A stretch of DNA of 64,000 bases from an uncultured Verrucomicrobiae bacterium. Its GTDB lineage: Bacteria; Verrucomicrobiota; Verrucomicrobiia; Opitutales; JABDGR01. The notes beneath the pieces were generated by a model. That model had not been told where the DNA came from, searched no databases, and worked only from the letters and a program-made list of their open reading frames with translations. The DNA lies in the NCBI GenBank assembly GCA_963765205.1, contig CAVXVB010000009.1, forward strand, positions 96,001 to 160,000. Direction: 5' to 3'. How positions within the stretch are numbered: the stretch's first letter is position 1; each line of letters starts with the position of its first letter. The position numbers and the translations under genes are program-made. This document shows positions 20,349 through 29,537 of the stretch, piece after piece.

Positions 20349-20457
20349 AAAATGGGGTGGGGGAGTTCAATTAGGCAATAGGATTCCCCGTCCGGAGGCA
20401 ACGCCCGATTTAGCCCCCGCCTCCCGACCCCAGTAACCCTCAAAAAGCAGTTTACTA

Positions 20458-20787
20458 TCAATCGCGGATGGTTCGTCACCCAACCGATCAAACCCATCCA
20501 ACGTATCCAACCGAGCCAACGTATCGCTGGCATGGTTGGTTATTTTCGGTTATACTGCTCGCCATGAATCCACCGCCCCACCACCAGCCCAGCATGTCTT
20601 TGTCCGCGTTCCTACGCTCGGTGAAAAATCACCCCCCCCCCCCCCCCCCCCCCCCCCACGTCGCGAACCACGCGGCAAACAAAACCCTGTTTTGAAACTC
20701 CTTTTCACCGCCAAGACGCCAAGAACATCAAGAGGGCTCTCACGCAAAAATCCCTCTCAGTGCCCTTCGCGACTTTGCGGTGAATCA
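20458..20787. repeat. Composite direct-repeat element, copy 2 (C26 tract)
   Basis: Poly-C at 20632-20657; hairpin at 20704-20784; offset about 2818 bp from copy 1. Confidence 0.9.
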
Positions 20788-20864
20788 TTTCAGGTCTTAA
20801 AACACCGCCGACCCCGCCTTCAATTCATTTTGCATTTTGCATTTTCCATTCTACAGTCCCCTCC

Positions 20865-22238
20865 ATGCTCGACCCCCTGCAAGTCCTCTCCGACTACGTG
20901 CGCTTCCCCAGCGTGTCCGCCGACCCCGCGTTTCGCGACGGCCTGGCCGGCGCGCGGCAATTTGCCGCCGGCGTGCTCGAATCCCTCGGCTTCAAGGTCG
21001 AGATCGTGCCGACCGGCCTGCATCCCATCATCCTCGCCGAGCGCGGCGGCGACCGCGCCTGGCCCCACGTCATCATCTACGGCCACTACGACGTGCAGCC
21101 CCCCGACCCCCTCGACAAGTGGACTACGCCCGCCTTCGACCCCGTCGTGCGCGGGCGCCGTCTCTATGGCCGCGGCACGGCGGACAACAAAGGCCCGCAG
21201 GCCGTCCAGTTCGCGGCGCTCGCGCGCGTCTTCGCGGAAAACCCCGACCTGCCCCTGCGCATCACCTTCCTCATCGAAGGCGAGGAGGAAATCGGCAGCC
21301 CCAGCTTCGCCGAGTTTTTACGGAAGCACCGCGACCGCCTCCGCGAGGCGAATCTGGTTTTGCTCTCCGACACCGGCAGCCCCAACCCCGAGCAAATCGT
21401 CATCACCACCGGCCTGCGCGGGCTGACCGGCCTCGAAGTCACCGTCACCGGCCCGCGCACGGACCTCCACTCCGGCATCCACGGCGGCGCGCTCCTCAAT
21501 CCCATTCAGGCCCTCTGTGAACTCTGCGCGGGGCTGCACGCGCCCGATGGCCGCGTCAACATCCCCGGCTTTTACGACGACGTGCGCGAGCCGGCGCAAT
21601 GGGAGCGCGACGAACTGGCGAAATACCCGCGCACGCTGGAAGACTACAAGCAATTCCTCGGCGTCTCGCAGTTCTACACCGCGCCCGGCTGCTCGGCGCT
21701 CGAAGCCGTGCGCTTCGGGCCGACGCTCGACTTCAACGGCATCGGCGGCGGCTACCAGGGCGAAGGCTCGAAGACCGTAATCCCCAGCAAGGCCTTCGCC
21801 AAAATCACCATGCGCCTCGTGCCCGACCAGAAGGCCGAAGTCATCCGCGACCTGCTCGAAAAAACGCTGCGCCACCGCTGCCCGCCCGGCATCAAGCTGG
21901 AATTCGGCCTCAAGGAAGGCGGCTCGCCCTACGCCGTCGTGCCGCCCGGCCACCCCAACACCCCGCCCGACCAGTCGCCGGTGCTCGCCCGCGCCTTTGC
22001 GGCCGCCGACGCCGCCATCACGGAATGTTTCGGCAAAAAACCCCTCTACCTGCGCGAAGGCGGCAGCGTCCCCATCATCGGCCAAATCAAACAGCAAACC
22101 GGCCTCGACTCGCTCATGATCGGCCTCTTCACCCCCGAAGACAACCTCCACGCCCCCGACGAAAGCTTCTCCCTGGATATTCTGGAACGCGGCGTGAACA
22201 CCTACGCGAAATTGCTCAAAGGGCTGGCGGGGTTGTGA
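20865..22238 (+). CDS. M20/M25/M40 family metallo-dipeptidase
   Basis: YGHYDVQP, LYGRGTADNKG, IEGEEEIGSP, DLHSG, GGSVPI, NLHAPDE. Confidence 0.92.
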   Translation: MLDPLQVLSDYVRFPSVSADPAFRDGLAGARQFAAGVLESLGFKVEIVPTGLHPIILAERGGDRAWPHVIIYGHYDVQPPDPLDKWTTPAFDPVVRGRRLYGRGTADNKGPQAVQFAALARVFAENPDLPLRITFLIEGEEEIGSPSFAEFLRKHRDRLREANLVLLSDTGSPNPEQIVITTGLRGLTGLEVTVTGPRTDLHSGIHGGALLNPIQALCELCAGLHAPDGRVNIPGFYDDVREPAQWERDELAKYPRTLEDYKQFLGVSQFYTAPGCSALEAVRFGPTLDFNGIGGGYQGEGSKTVIPSKAFAKITMRLVPDQKAEVIRDLLEKTLRHRCPPGIKLEFGLKEGGSPYAVVPPGHPNTPPDQSPVLARAFAAADAAITECFGKKPLYLREGGSVPIIGQIKQQTGLDSLMIGLFTPEDNLHAPDESFSLDILERGVNTYAKLLKGLAGL

Positions 22239-22457
22239 GGAAAAAACCAGGTGTCGGAGGCGCGCAAGAGGTCTGAAAACCCCATGATTTTTGGTATTGC
22301 CAACGCCCGCGCGCGTGGCAAAATGCCTCCCGGAAGCGGAGGAAATTCGGCTCATGTCATTGGTAAATTGTCAGTTGATGAAAAAATCAGGGACAGTTTG
22401 AAATCCGATAACGGAAACAAGACAGGCCACTCCCCCCCAAAAAAAGCTCAGAAGTAT

Positions 22458-22934
22458 ATGGAAAACAAGATGTTCGTCGGCAATCTCTCGTGGGATGCCG
22501 TGGAAGATGATCTGCAGGAACTGTTCAGCAAAGCCGGCACGGTCACAGAAGTGGCTGTCATGCGCGACCGTTTTACGGGCCGCGCGCGCGGTTTTGCTTT
22601 CGTGACGATGTCAACGGCTGAAGAAGCCGCCGAGGCCATTCGCCAGTTCGAAAACCAGGAGTTCATGGGCCGGCCCCTCAAGGTCAATATCGCCCGCCCG
22701 AAGGAAGAGCGCGCGCCCTATAGCGGTGGTGGCGGCGGCGGTTACGGTGGCGGCCATGGTGGCGGTCACGGTGGCGGCGGCGGCTACGGTGGTGGTGGCC
22801 AGCGCAAGTCCTTCGATCGTCGTCGCTCCTTCAGCCGCGGTGGCGGCGGTGGTGGTGGCGGTTACGATCGCGGCGGCGGCGGTGGCGGCTATGACCGTGG
22901 TGGTGGCGGCGAAGGCGGCGGCGAGCAGTATTAA
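22458..22934 (+). CDS. RRM RNA-binding protein with Gly-rich tail
   Basis: RNP2 MFVGNL, RNP1 RGFAFVTM, GRPLKVNIARP, and GGG(Y/H)G repeats. Confidence 0.93.
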   Translation: MENKMFVGNLSWDAVEDDLQELFSKAGTVTEVAVMRDRFTGRARGFAFVTMSTAEEAAEAIRQFENQEFMGRPLKVNIARPKEERAPYSGGGGGGYGGGHGGGHGGGGGYGGGGQRKSFDRRRSFSRGGGGGGGGYDRGGGGGGYDRGGGGEGGGEQY

Positions 22935-23034
22935 GCAATCGTATTCCACACTCGAGGCGGCCGCCCATTAGGAGGCCCGCGGGTGATCAACGCCAGGGCC
23001 CGTCGCCTTGGTGCCATGGAATGTTTTCCAATTC

Positions 23035-23068
23035 AAGCCGGTCTGGGCCTCGCGTCCGGACCGGCTTT
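23035..23068 (+). terminator. Probable intrinsic terminator between convergent genes
   Basis: AAGCCGGTCTGG...CCGGACCGGCTTT stem-loop. Confidence 0.55.
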
Positions 23069-23145
23069 GTGTTCGGCGGATGGGGGGTGCCATGGCGTTA
23101 TGGTAATACAAATGCTCGCCACTTGGATAACGGGAACACCAGGAT

Positions 23146-24522
23146 TTAAGCAGATTTGGAAGTTATCTTTGCCAGATGTAATGCCAGGCGGGCGAGGGTT
23201 TGCCGGCCGCCTTCCACCGTGCCGTATTCACGGGCGACGTAATCGCGGTCAGCGGTGGTGGGGTAGACTTGACGGATGGTCGCTTTGGTTTTTTTACCCT
23301 GCTTTTCGAAAATCCACCTCATTTCAAAATTCACGACCTTGGCGCCCTTCTTGCCGCCGCCGTGGGAAAAAACGATGCGCTCGGGTTTGACTACGTCGGT
23401 AAATGCGCTTTGGTTGGGGTAGTCAGTGCCGTCGGGACCGTGCATGATGTATTTCCAGACCCCGCCTGGTCGCACGTCCATTTTCTCGATGGTGGTGGCA
23501 AAGCCGTTTGGCCCCCACCATTCCACGATCTGTTTGGGATCCGTCCAGGCGCTCCACACCAACTCGCACGGTGCATCCACAACCCGGGTGATCACGATTT
23601 CGCGGTCGGCGGTGTCCGCTTCCGCAGTTATTTCCACAAATTTCCTTAGATTTTCGCCAATGATCGCCGTCCAACCCTTGACGAAATTTTCGCGGGCGAA
23701 GGAGGGAGTCTTGGGGAAGGTCTCAATGCCCGCATGGGTCAACCGCACTTTTGTCTTTTGGCCCACGGCCCCTAATTCAATGGTGACTAGGGAATCGCCC
23801 GGATGCCCCTCATACCGCCAGGTGTAGGCCAGTTTTTTTTCGGGGATGACTTTCGTGATTTTGCACCGGTGCAAAAATCGGGCACCTTCGTGTTCGACAT
23901 CCATCTCAAAGGCAAAACCCACTACCGGTTTGAATTCCTTGATGTCGAACGACCATTGCTGCATGGCCTCCTTATTCGTGAGGGCCGCCCACACTTTAGC
24001 CACGGGCGCCGCGAACGTCCGCTCGACGACGACCCGCTCGTTTTTCACCGCCAAAAGTTCGTCGAGACGCTCCAGGCTTTGCGTCATACCTGCTTCAAAT
24101 CCGCCGATATACTTGTTGGCTTCCGCAGTGGTTTTCATCACTTGGGACCGGATCGTGAGCAGAGTTTGGCCGCGCCGTTCGACAAACGTGACGGTGTGCA
24201 AAAACTCAAACAGCAGTTTGCCTTTTTCATTCAAAGCGCCGCTGGTGAACACCAGCCGTTCGGGCGCGGCAATTTCGCGGAACTCCCCGCCCATGGGATG
24301 ATCCGCCCCGTTGGGCGCACGCATGACCACATGAATGGTCTGCCCCGGCCGCGCGTCCCACTCGCACACGGGATTGGTAAATCCGCGCGGCCCCCACCAT
24401 TGCGCCAGCTGGGCGGGGTCGGTCCAAGCGCGCCACACTCGCTCGCGCGGAGCGGCGAACTGGCGCGTGATGACAAATTCTCGGCCCAGGTAATCTTCGG
24501 TGGGTTTGTTTTTTTTGCTCAC
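23146..24522 (-). CDS. Triple SRPBCC (Aha1/START-like) domain protein
   Basis: Three repeats: ITRQFAAPRERVWRAWTDP, VERTFAAPVAKVWAALT and ITRVVDAPCELVWSAWTDP. The GTG start overlaps the ArsR stop. Confidence 0.88.
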   Translation of the reverse strand: MSKKNKPTEDYLGREFVITRQFAAPRERVWRAWTDPAQLAQWWGPRGFTNPVCEWDARPGQTIHVVMRAPNGADHPMGGEFREIAAPERLVFTSGALNEKGKLLFEFLHTVTFVERRGQTLLTIRSQVMKTTAEANKYIGGFEAGMTQSLERLDELLAVKNERVVVERTFAAPVAKVWAALTNKEAMQQWSFDIKEFKPVVGFAFEMDVEHEGARFLHRCKITKVIPEKKLAYTWRYEGHPGDSLVTIELGAVGQKTKVRLTHAGIETFPKTPSFARENFVKGWTAIIGENLRKFVEITAEADTADREIVITRVVDAPCELVWSAWTDPKQIVEWWGPNGFATTIEKMDVRPGGVWKYIMHGPDGTDYPNQSAFTDVVKPERIVFSHGGGKKGAKVVNFEMRWIFEKQGKKTKATIRQVYPTTADRDYVAREYGTVEGGRQTLARLALHLAKITSKSA

Positions 24523-24857
24523 GTTTTTTTCTCCTTCTTTTGCAATTCCATCAGATAATTGTCCAACCGGTCCAAACTCTGTTCCCAGAAACGCCGGTAG
24601 TGTTCGACCCAGTCCGCCGCTTCTTTGAGCGGCAGGGCTTCCAGACGGCAGGGTCGCCATTGCGCCTCCCGCCCACGGCGAATCAACCCGCCGCGCTCAA
24701 GCACCTTGAGGTGTTTGGACACGGCGGGCAGGCTCATCTCGAACGGTTCGGCCAAGTCCGTGACCGAAAACTCACCCAAAGCGAGCCGGCTCAGGATGGC
24801 GCGCCGCGTGGGATCCGCAAGGGCCGCAAAGGTAATGCTGAGCTGATCGGGCTGCAT
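24519..24857 (-). CDS. ArsR/SmtB family transcriptional regulator
   Basis: FAALADPTRRAIL, SLPAVSKHLKVLE, FWEQSLDRLD (SRPBCC-associated subtype). Confidence 0.92.
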   Translation of the reverse strand: MQPDQLSITFAALADPTRRAILSRLALGEFSVTDLAEPFEMSLPAVSKHLKVLERGGLIRRGREAQWRPCRLEALPLKEAADWVEHYRRFWEQSLDRLDNYLMELQKKEKKT

Positions 24858-24878
24858 GAGGCAGTGGATTTTCACATC

Positions 24879-24900
24879 TAATTAACCGTTAAGTTAAATA
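24879..24900. promoter_or_regulatory. Candidate ArsR operator overlapping the promoter
   Basis: Imperfect palindrome TAATTAAC-N6-GTTAAATA just upstream of arsR, with TTGACA on the minus strand at 24912-24917. Confidence 0.55.
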
Positions 24901-25005
24901 ATGATCGGTTTTTGTCAAACCAAATTCTTTGATGGAATTCCACGGCGTCTCTCTGGTTGAGGTTTTGTTTTTTCGCCCTTACGGGGCGAAGGAACCCGCC
25001 CAAGC

Positions 25006-25262
25006 TTGCTTCGGCAGCAGCCGGAAAGAATTGCAAGCGTGCTTGAGGACATGGGCTATTATGTTTATATCGTGAAGGAGCAGCCAGATCGCCTCGGAGA
25101 AAGCGTTCTTCAAAAGGTGCTTCGCTATGCTCTGCTTTCAAGATTTGTGATTATTGAGAATACAAAGGCATCTGGCCATCTCTATGAAATACCTCACGTA
25201 ACGAAGATGGCGGAATGCGTAACTGCCATACTTCAAGAAAAAGGCAAAGGCGCAACTTGGAT
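25006..25262 (+). pseudogene. Gene fragment, possibly TIR/nucleoside deoxyribosyltransferase-like, fused to the IS remnant
   Basis: AT-richer reading frame GYYVYIVKE...SRFVIIENTKASGHLYEI...GATWM ends at the IS junction; no convincing start. Confidence 0.4.
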
Positions 25263-25960
25263 GCCTTCGCTATGGTTCACAGCTTCATGCTTAAAGCCTT
25301 CCGCCGTCAGGGTGTTGTAAGAGGGCAATTCGTCGGTTGCGGCCGTGCTGCCTTGCGAGACATTGGAAACGATGTTGGGCATCAGCGTGACGCGGCGCAC
25401 GTTGGGCGCGGTCTTGGCGATAACCTTGCCACCGCGTTGCAACAGCCCCATGACGGCGGTCTTGCCCGCCGCGCCGCGCCCCCGCTTGCCCTTCCGCACG
25501 CCGCCAACATAGGTTTCATCGGCCTCAATAATGCCGGAAAGCGGGCTGTTTTTGTCCTCCATGAGCTTGCGGATTTGCTGGGCCATGCGCCACGCGCACT
25601 TATACGTCACGCCAAGCTGCCGTTCAAGTTCCTTGGCCGAAATGCCGTTTTTGGACACGCCAATGAGATACATCGCCAAGAACCACGATTTGAGCGGGGT
25701 TGGGGACTTGTGGAAGATAGTCCCCGCCGTGGGGCAGATTTGATGCCCGCAGGCGCACGAATAGACCCGGCGCGTGGTCAGGGGGTAGTAACTGTCCTTG
25801 CGGCCACAGACCGGGCATTGCGAGCCTTTGGCGAAACGCAGGGCGAAGATATGCGCCAAGCAATCGGCGTCGGTCTTAAACTGGGCGTGGAAGTGTTTGA
25901 CGTTGTATTTCATGCCCCCAATATAGCCCAACTTCTACATGAATTCAAGGGATAATTACC
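25261..25960 (-). mobile_element. Truncated IS1595-family element (transposase from ATG 25913)
   Basis: Zn ribbon CPVC...CACG, TIFHKS, KNGISA.EL.R.LGVTYKCAW, IEADETYVGG and TDE. Breaks after HEAVNHSEG, before the expected C-terminal catalytic segment. Left end GGTAATTATCCC at 25949-25960. Confidence 0.85.
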
Positions 25961-26133
25961 TAAATTTTTGCCATGTAATTTCGACAACGGCACCAACCCC
26001 TGGTCATCAGCATTTAGGCACGGCAGTCCTTATTTTTGCGGTCGGTAGATTGGAGGCAGATTCCCTTCTATTCACGATTCTGCGGTGCGATGCCTTAAAA
26101 TAGCATCGTAACATCATTGGTTTGTGATTCTCG

Positions 26134-26550
26134 TTATCGGTGGCCTTCATCGGGGGGGCGCCAGCCCCGTGGATATTGTCGAACCACCGTATCGTGGTGA
26201 TTGGCGGGAGAATCGTGAAAGTCCATCCTTACGGAAGGCGAGCCCAGCAACACATCAAAGGAAACGCCGGGCACCGCCGGACCCGTCACCCACGCACCAC
26301 CGTGCATATACCAGTAAACATGGGTGGAAGGGCTGTAATAAACCTCATAGCCCGGGTAATACACGTAGTCGTCCTCGACCACAACCGGGACTGGAGGTGC
26401 AGCTACGACCACGGCAGCCGGTTGGGGCGGCGGGGATGCAGCATTAACCGGGGGTGGCACCGCCGGTTTGCAGCCAGCGAGCAAAGTTATGAACACCACC
26501 GCAAGCCCAGAGCGTGCTGGCTCGTTCAGGAAATTAGTTTTGGCATTCAT
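26134..26550 (-). CDS. Putative lipoprotein (Pro/Val-rich, YVYYP motif)
   Basis: Lipobox LLAGC followed by DDYVYYPGYEVYY...YWY..GGAWV. Confidence 0.65.
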   Translation of the reverse strand: MNAKTNFLNEPARSGLAVVFITLLAGCKPAVPPPVNAASPPPQPAAVVVAAPPVPVVVEDDYVYYPGYEVYYSPSTHVYWYMHGGAWVTGPAVPGVSFDVLLGSPSVRMDFHDSPANHHDTVVRQYPRGWRPPDEGHR

Positions 26551-26646
26551 CGTAGTAATATATGCTAGACAAATCAGGCTGCCACTGGGGTAAAACCCGC
26601 CCGAAGACATTAACCGCCTAATGCCCCAAGTCCGTCCGCGACGGCG

Positions 26647-27291
26647 TCAAACATGGGCGGTCGTGGCCGTTGTTGTCCCGGTTCCCGCCGGCGGTGTCTG
26701 CTGGGCTCCTGGTGTAACGGGCGGCGGATTACCGGGAACTACCGGAGTGGGGGGCTGCTGACTAGGAAATGGAGGCACCGGCTGCGGAGCAGGCGGAATC
26801 GGCGTTGGCACTGGCGGATTGACCGGCGGAGGTTGCGCCCCAGGAAGAACAGGGGCCGGCGTGGTGGCGGGCGGCAGGGGAGAGGGGAACCCGGGATTTA
26901 TCGGTGCGTTCGGAAAGCCGGGATTAACCGGCATGGCCGGGTAGCCCGGGCTTCCTGTAGAGGCCGGGTAACCAGGATTTCCATTTTGGACATTGGTTCC
27001 GGAGTTTACGGTTCCATTCACAAAGGTCGAGTTGGCCGTATTATTGGCCCCCGGCGTCACGGTAGTCGAACCGCCCGCGTTGGCATTAGTCCCGGTGCTT
27101 AAATCCGGGGTGGCGCCGTTGAAATTGGCCGTGGCGGCAGAATTGGATGAATTAGTCCCCGAGGCTGCGCCGGTCGAACCGCTCGCGCTACCCGTGGTGG
27201 CCGGAGCGGCGGCGGCGGCCGCGCGGACGTTTACAATGTTTAAAGCGAGCCAGGCGATAACAACCAACCGCGATTCCAATGTGGCTTTCAT
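26647..27291 (-). CDS. Secreted low-complexity Thr/Asn/Pro-rich protein
   Basis: Signal-peptide-like N-terminus, NPG(Y/F)P repeats and a Pro-rich tail. Confidence 0.6.
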   Translation of the reverse strand: MKATLESRLVVIAWLALNIVNVRAAAAAAPATTGSASGSTGAASGTNSSNSAATANFNGATPDLSTGTNANAGGSTTVTPGANNTANSTFVNGTVNSGTNVQNGNPGYPASTGSPGYPAMPVNPGFPNAPINPGFPSPLPPATTPAPVLPGAQPPPVNPPVPTPIPPAPQPVPPFPSQQPPTPVVPGNPPPVTPGAQQTPPAGTGTTTATTAHV

Positions 27292-27802
27292 GGGAGTGTG
27301 CTCAGTGGAAAGCGTGATTGCTTTCAAAGCTGATTTCGCAACATTATTCTTTTTTAATTGTTTTTGCCATGGAGGTATCCACCCCCATAAAATGGCAATT
27401 GATTTTAGAAGCACAACAAGCGGACAAATTTAAGTCATGCAATCGGCGGTCGCGCCGCGATTAAATATTTCCGGGGGCGGGAATCCATCAGGTAGGGAAA
27501 CACCTCCATCGCTTGGAGGGCGCTAGAAGAGTATAATTGCGCATTTCACCTTCGCTCACGCCATGCGCTCACCCAAATGTTTCACCCCAGGTTCCGCTAC
27601 GCCCGGCGGCGAGCCGCAGCAGACCAGTCCGGGAGCGCGGCCCGTCGCGAACGACGGCCAAACGGCAAATCCTGCTCTGCCAACGCCGATTGATCAATCG
27701 CGGGCGCGGTCCCTTCCGGAGGTAGTGCCTACGCCCAAAAATGCATACAATGCAAGATACATTCCTGTCTGCCTTCGGTAGAAAATTAAATCTCATTCAA
27801 CA

Positions 27803-29011
27803 ATGCCCGGTGAAAAAATCTCATTCCCCCATTTGGCCCTGAACTCCTGGAAGACCAGCCAGCAAGGGTCGGTCGGCTGGCTCAGCCAGCGATTCGGGCG
27901 GGGCGCGGAAACGGTGGTGGCGGAGGCCTTCTCCGCAGCGGATATCCGCTTGGACGGGGCACGGCCTTGGGACATCCAGTTACATGACCCGCGCTTTTAC
28001 TCAAGGGTTCTGGCGGGCGGCACGCTGGGCATGGGGGAATCCTACATGGATGGATGGTGGGATTGCGCCAGCCTGGATGAAATGTTTTTTCGCGCCATTC
28101 GCGCCCGCCTGGATGAATATGCGCCGCTGAACCTGCGCATGCTGCTGGCCTGCGGCGCGGCCTGCTTGTTGAATCTGCAAAATCGCCGCCGCTCGCGCCA
28201 GGTCGGCTGGCGTCATTATGACTTGGGCAATGATTTTTTTGCGGCACTGCTGGGATCCACGACTCAATATTCGTGCGCTTATTATCAGGGCACGGATGAT
28301 CTGGACGTGGCCCAGCGCTTGAAGATGGACCTGATCTGCCGCAAGCTCGGTTTGCGCCCGGGCCTGAGGTTGCTGGACATCGGCTGCGGCTGGGGTGGCC
28401 TGGCCCGTTATGCGGCGAGCCAATACGGGTGCCAGGCGGTGGGGGTGACTATTTCGCAAGAGCAGCAAACCTACGCGGAGAATCTCTGCCGGGGCCTGCC
28501 TGTGGACATTCGGCTCCAGGACTATCGCGATGTAACCGAACCGTTCGACCGCATTGTCAGCGTGGGCATGTTGGAACACGTGGGCTGCAAGAATTATCGC
28601 ACCTACATGCAAGTGGCCCACCGTTGCCTGAAGGAGGGCGGCCTGTTTCTCTGCCACACGATTGGCAACCCGGTCTCCAACCTTCGCACCGATCCGTGGA
28701 TCACGTCTTACATTTTTCCCAATTCCATGCTGCCCTCCGCCGCCCAGATGGCCCACGCCGCGGAAGGCCTGTTTGTGCTGGAAGACCTGCACAATTTCGG
28801 TGCCAGTTACGACCGCACCTTGCTGGCTTGGGAGAAAAACTTCCGCAACTCCTGGTCCGATTTTCGTGAGCGCTACGGCGAGCGCTTCTACCGGATGTGG
28901 CGGTATTATCTGCTCGGCTGCGCGGCCGCCTTTCGCGCCCGGAGCCTCGAGCTGTTTCAGTTTGTCTGGTCCAAGGGCGGGGTGCCGGGCGGGTATAACG
29001 CCCCGCGTTGA
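27803..29011 (+). CDS. cfa: Cyclopropane fatty acyl phospholipid synthase
   Basis: GESYMDGWW, HYDLGN, YSCAY, LLDIGCGWGG, IVSVGMLEHVG, RMWRYYL. Confidence 0.93.
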   Translation: MPGEKISFPHLALNSWKTSQQGSVGWLSQRFGRGAETVVAEAFSAADIRLDGARPWDIQLHDPRFYSRVLAGGTLGMGESYMDGWWDCASLDEMFFRAIRARLDEYAPLNLRMLLACGAACLLNLQNRRRSRQVGWRHYDLGNDFFAALLGSTTQYSCAYYQGTDDLDVAQRLKMDLICRKLGLRPGLRLLDIGCGWGGLARYAASQYGCQAVGVTISQEQQTYAENLCRGLPVDIRLQDYRDVTEPFDRIVSVGMLEHVGCKNYRTYMQVAHRCLKEGGLFLCHTIGNPVSNLRTDPWITSYIFPNSMLPSAAQMAHAAEGLFVLEDLHNFGASYDRTLLAWEKNFRNSWSDFRERYGERFYRMWRYYLLGCAAAFRARSLELFQFVWSKGGVPGGYNAPR

Positions 29012-29140
29012 CTGACGGTTCCGGCCGACCGGATCACAAGCGCGGGATCACGCTCCTGCCAGCGGCCTAGCGGGTAACACCCCAATAGCCCATGACCTGT
29101 TTTTGCGGTAGTATGGGACCAGCCGATTTTTTCCTCTAAA

Positions 29141-29338
29141 ATGGAGCACCCGATGATCCCGGAATTTCAAGACGACGACAATTTGGGCGAAGGCCTGAAC
29201 CGGACGCTGAAATCCGCCGGCGCGGAGGACACCGCGCCTGAACGTTTTTGGAGCCAGCGGGAGATTGCCCGGCTGCGCCAGCGCGAACCGGCGGCGGACT
29301 TCATGGATGGAAGAATGCCGCATGAAAAATCCGGCTAG
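29141..29338 (+). CDS. Small hypothetical protein
   Basis: 65-aa ORF downstream of a candidate regulatory motif; no recognisable family. Confidence 0.3.
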   Translation: MEHPMIPEFQDDDNLGEGLNRTLKSAGAEDTAPERFWSQREIARLRQREPAADFMDGRMPHEKSG

Positions 29339-29537
29339 CGGGTTTTCCCGCTTCACCGCTTGGATCGTAGATCCATTCCCCTGTTCCCTCAATTACGCGG
29401 CCGTCGCGTGTGATTCCATACCCCCAGGTTATGCTCCAAGCAACGTCATCCCCCGCTGGAAGGCGGACTGGTATATCGGGAAATGCGCGGAGCATTTTTC
29501 CCTTGTTTTAATGGCGGTTTTATCAATATAAAATGAC

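Noticed and set aside
22720..22925. GGC/GGT microsatellite-like tract
   Set aside because: It encodes the ordinary Gly-rich tail of the RRM protein.
25975..26010. TTCGACAACGGCACCA resembling a tRNA 3' end or att site at the island border
   Set aside because: Too short, no cloverleaf, and no second copy at the other border.
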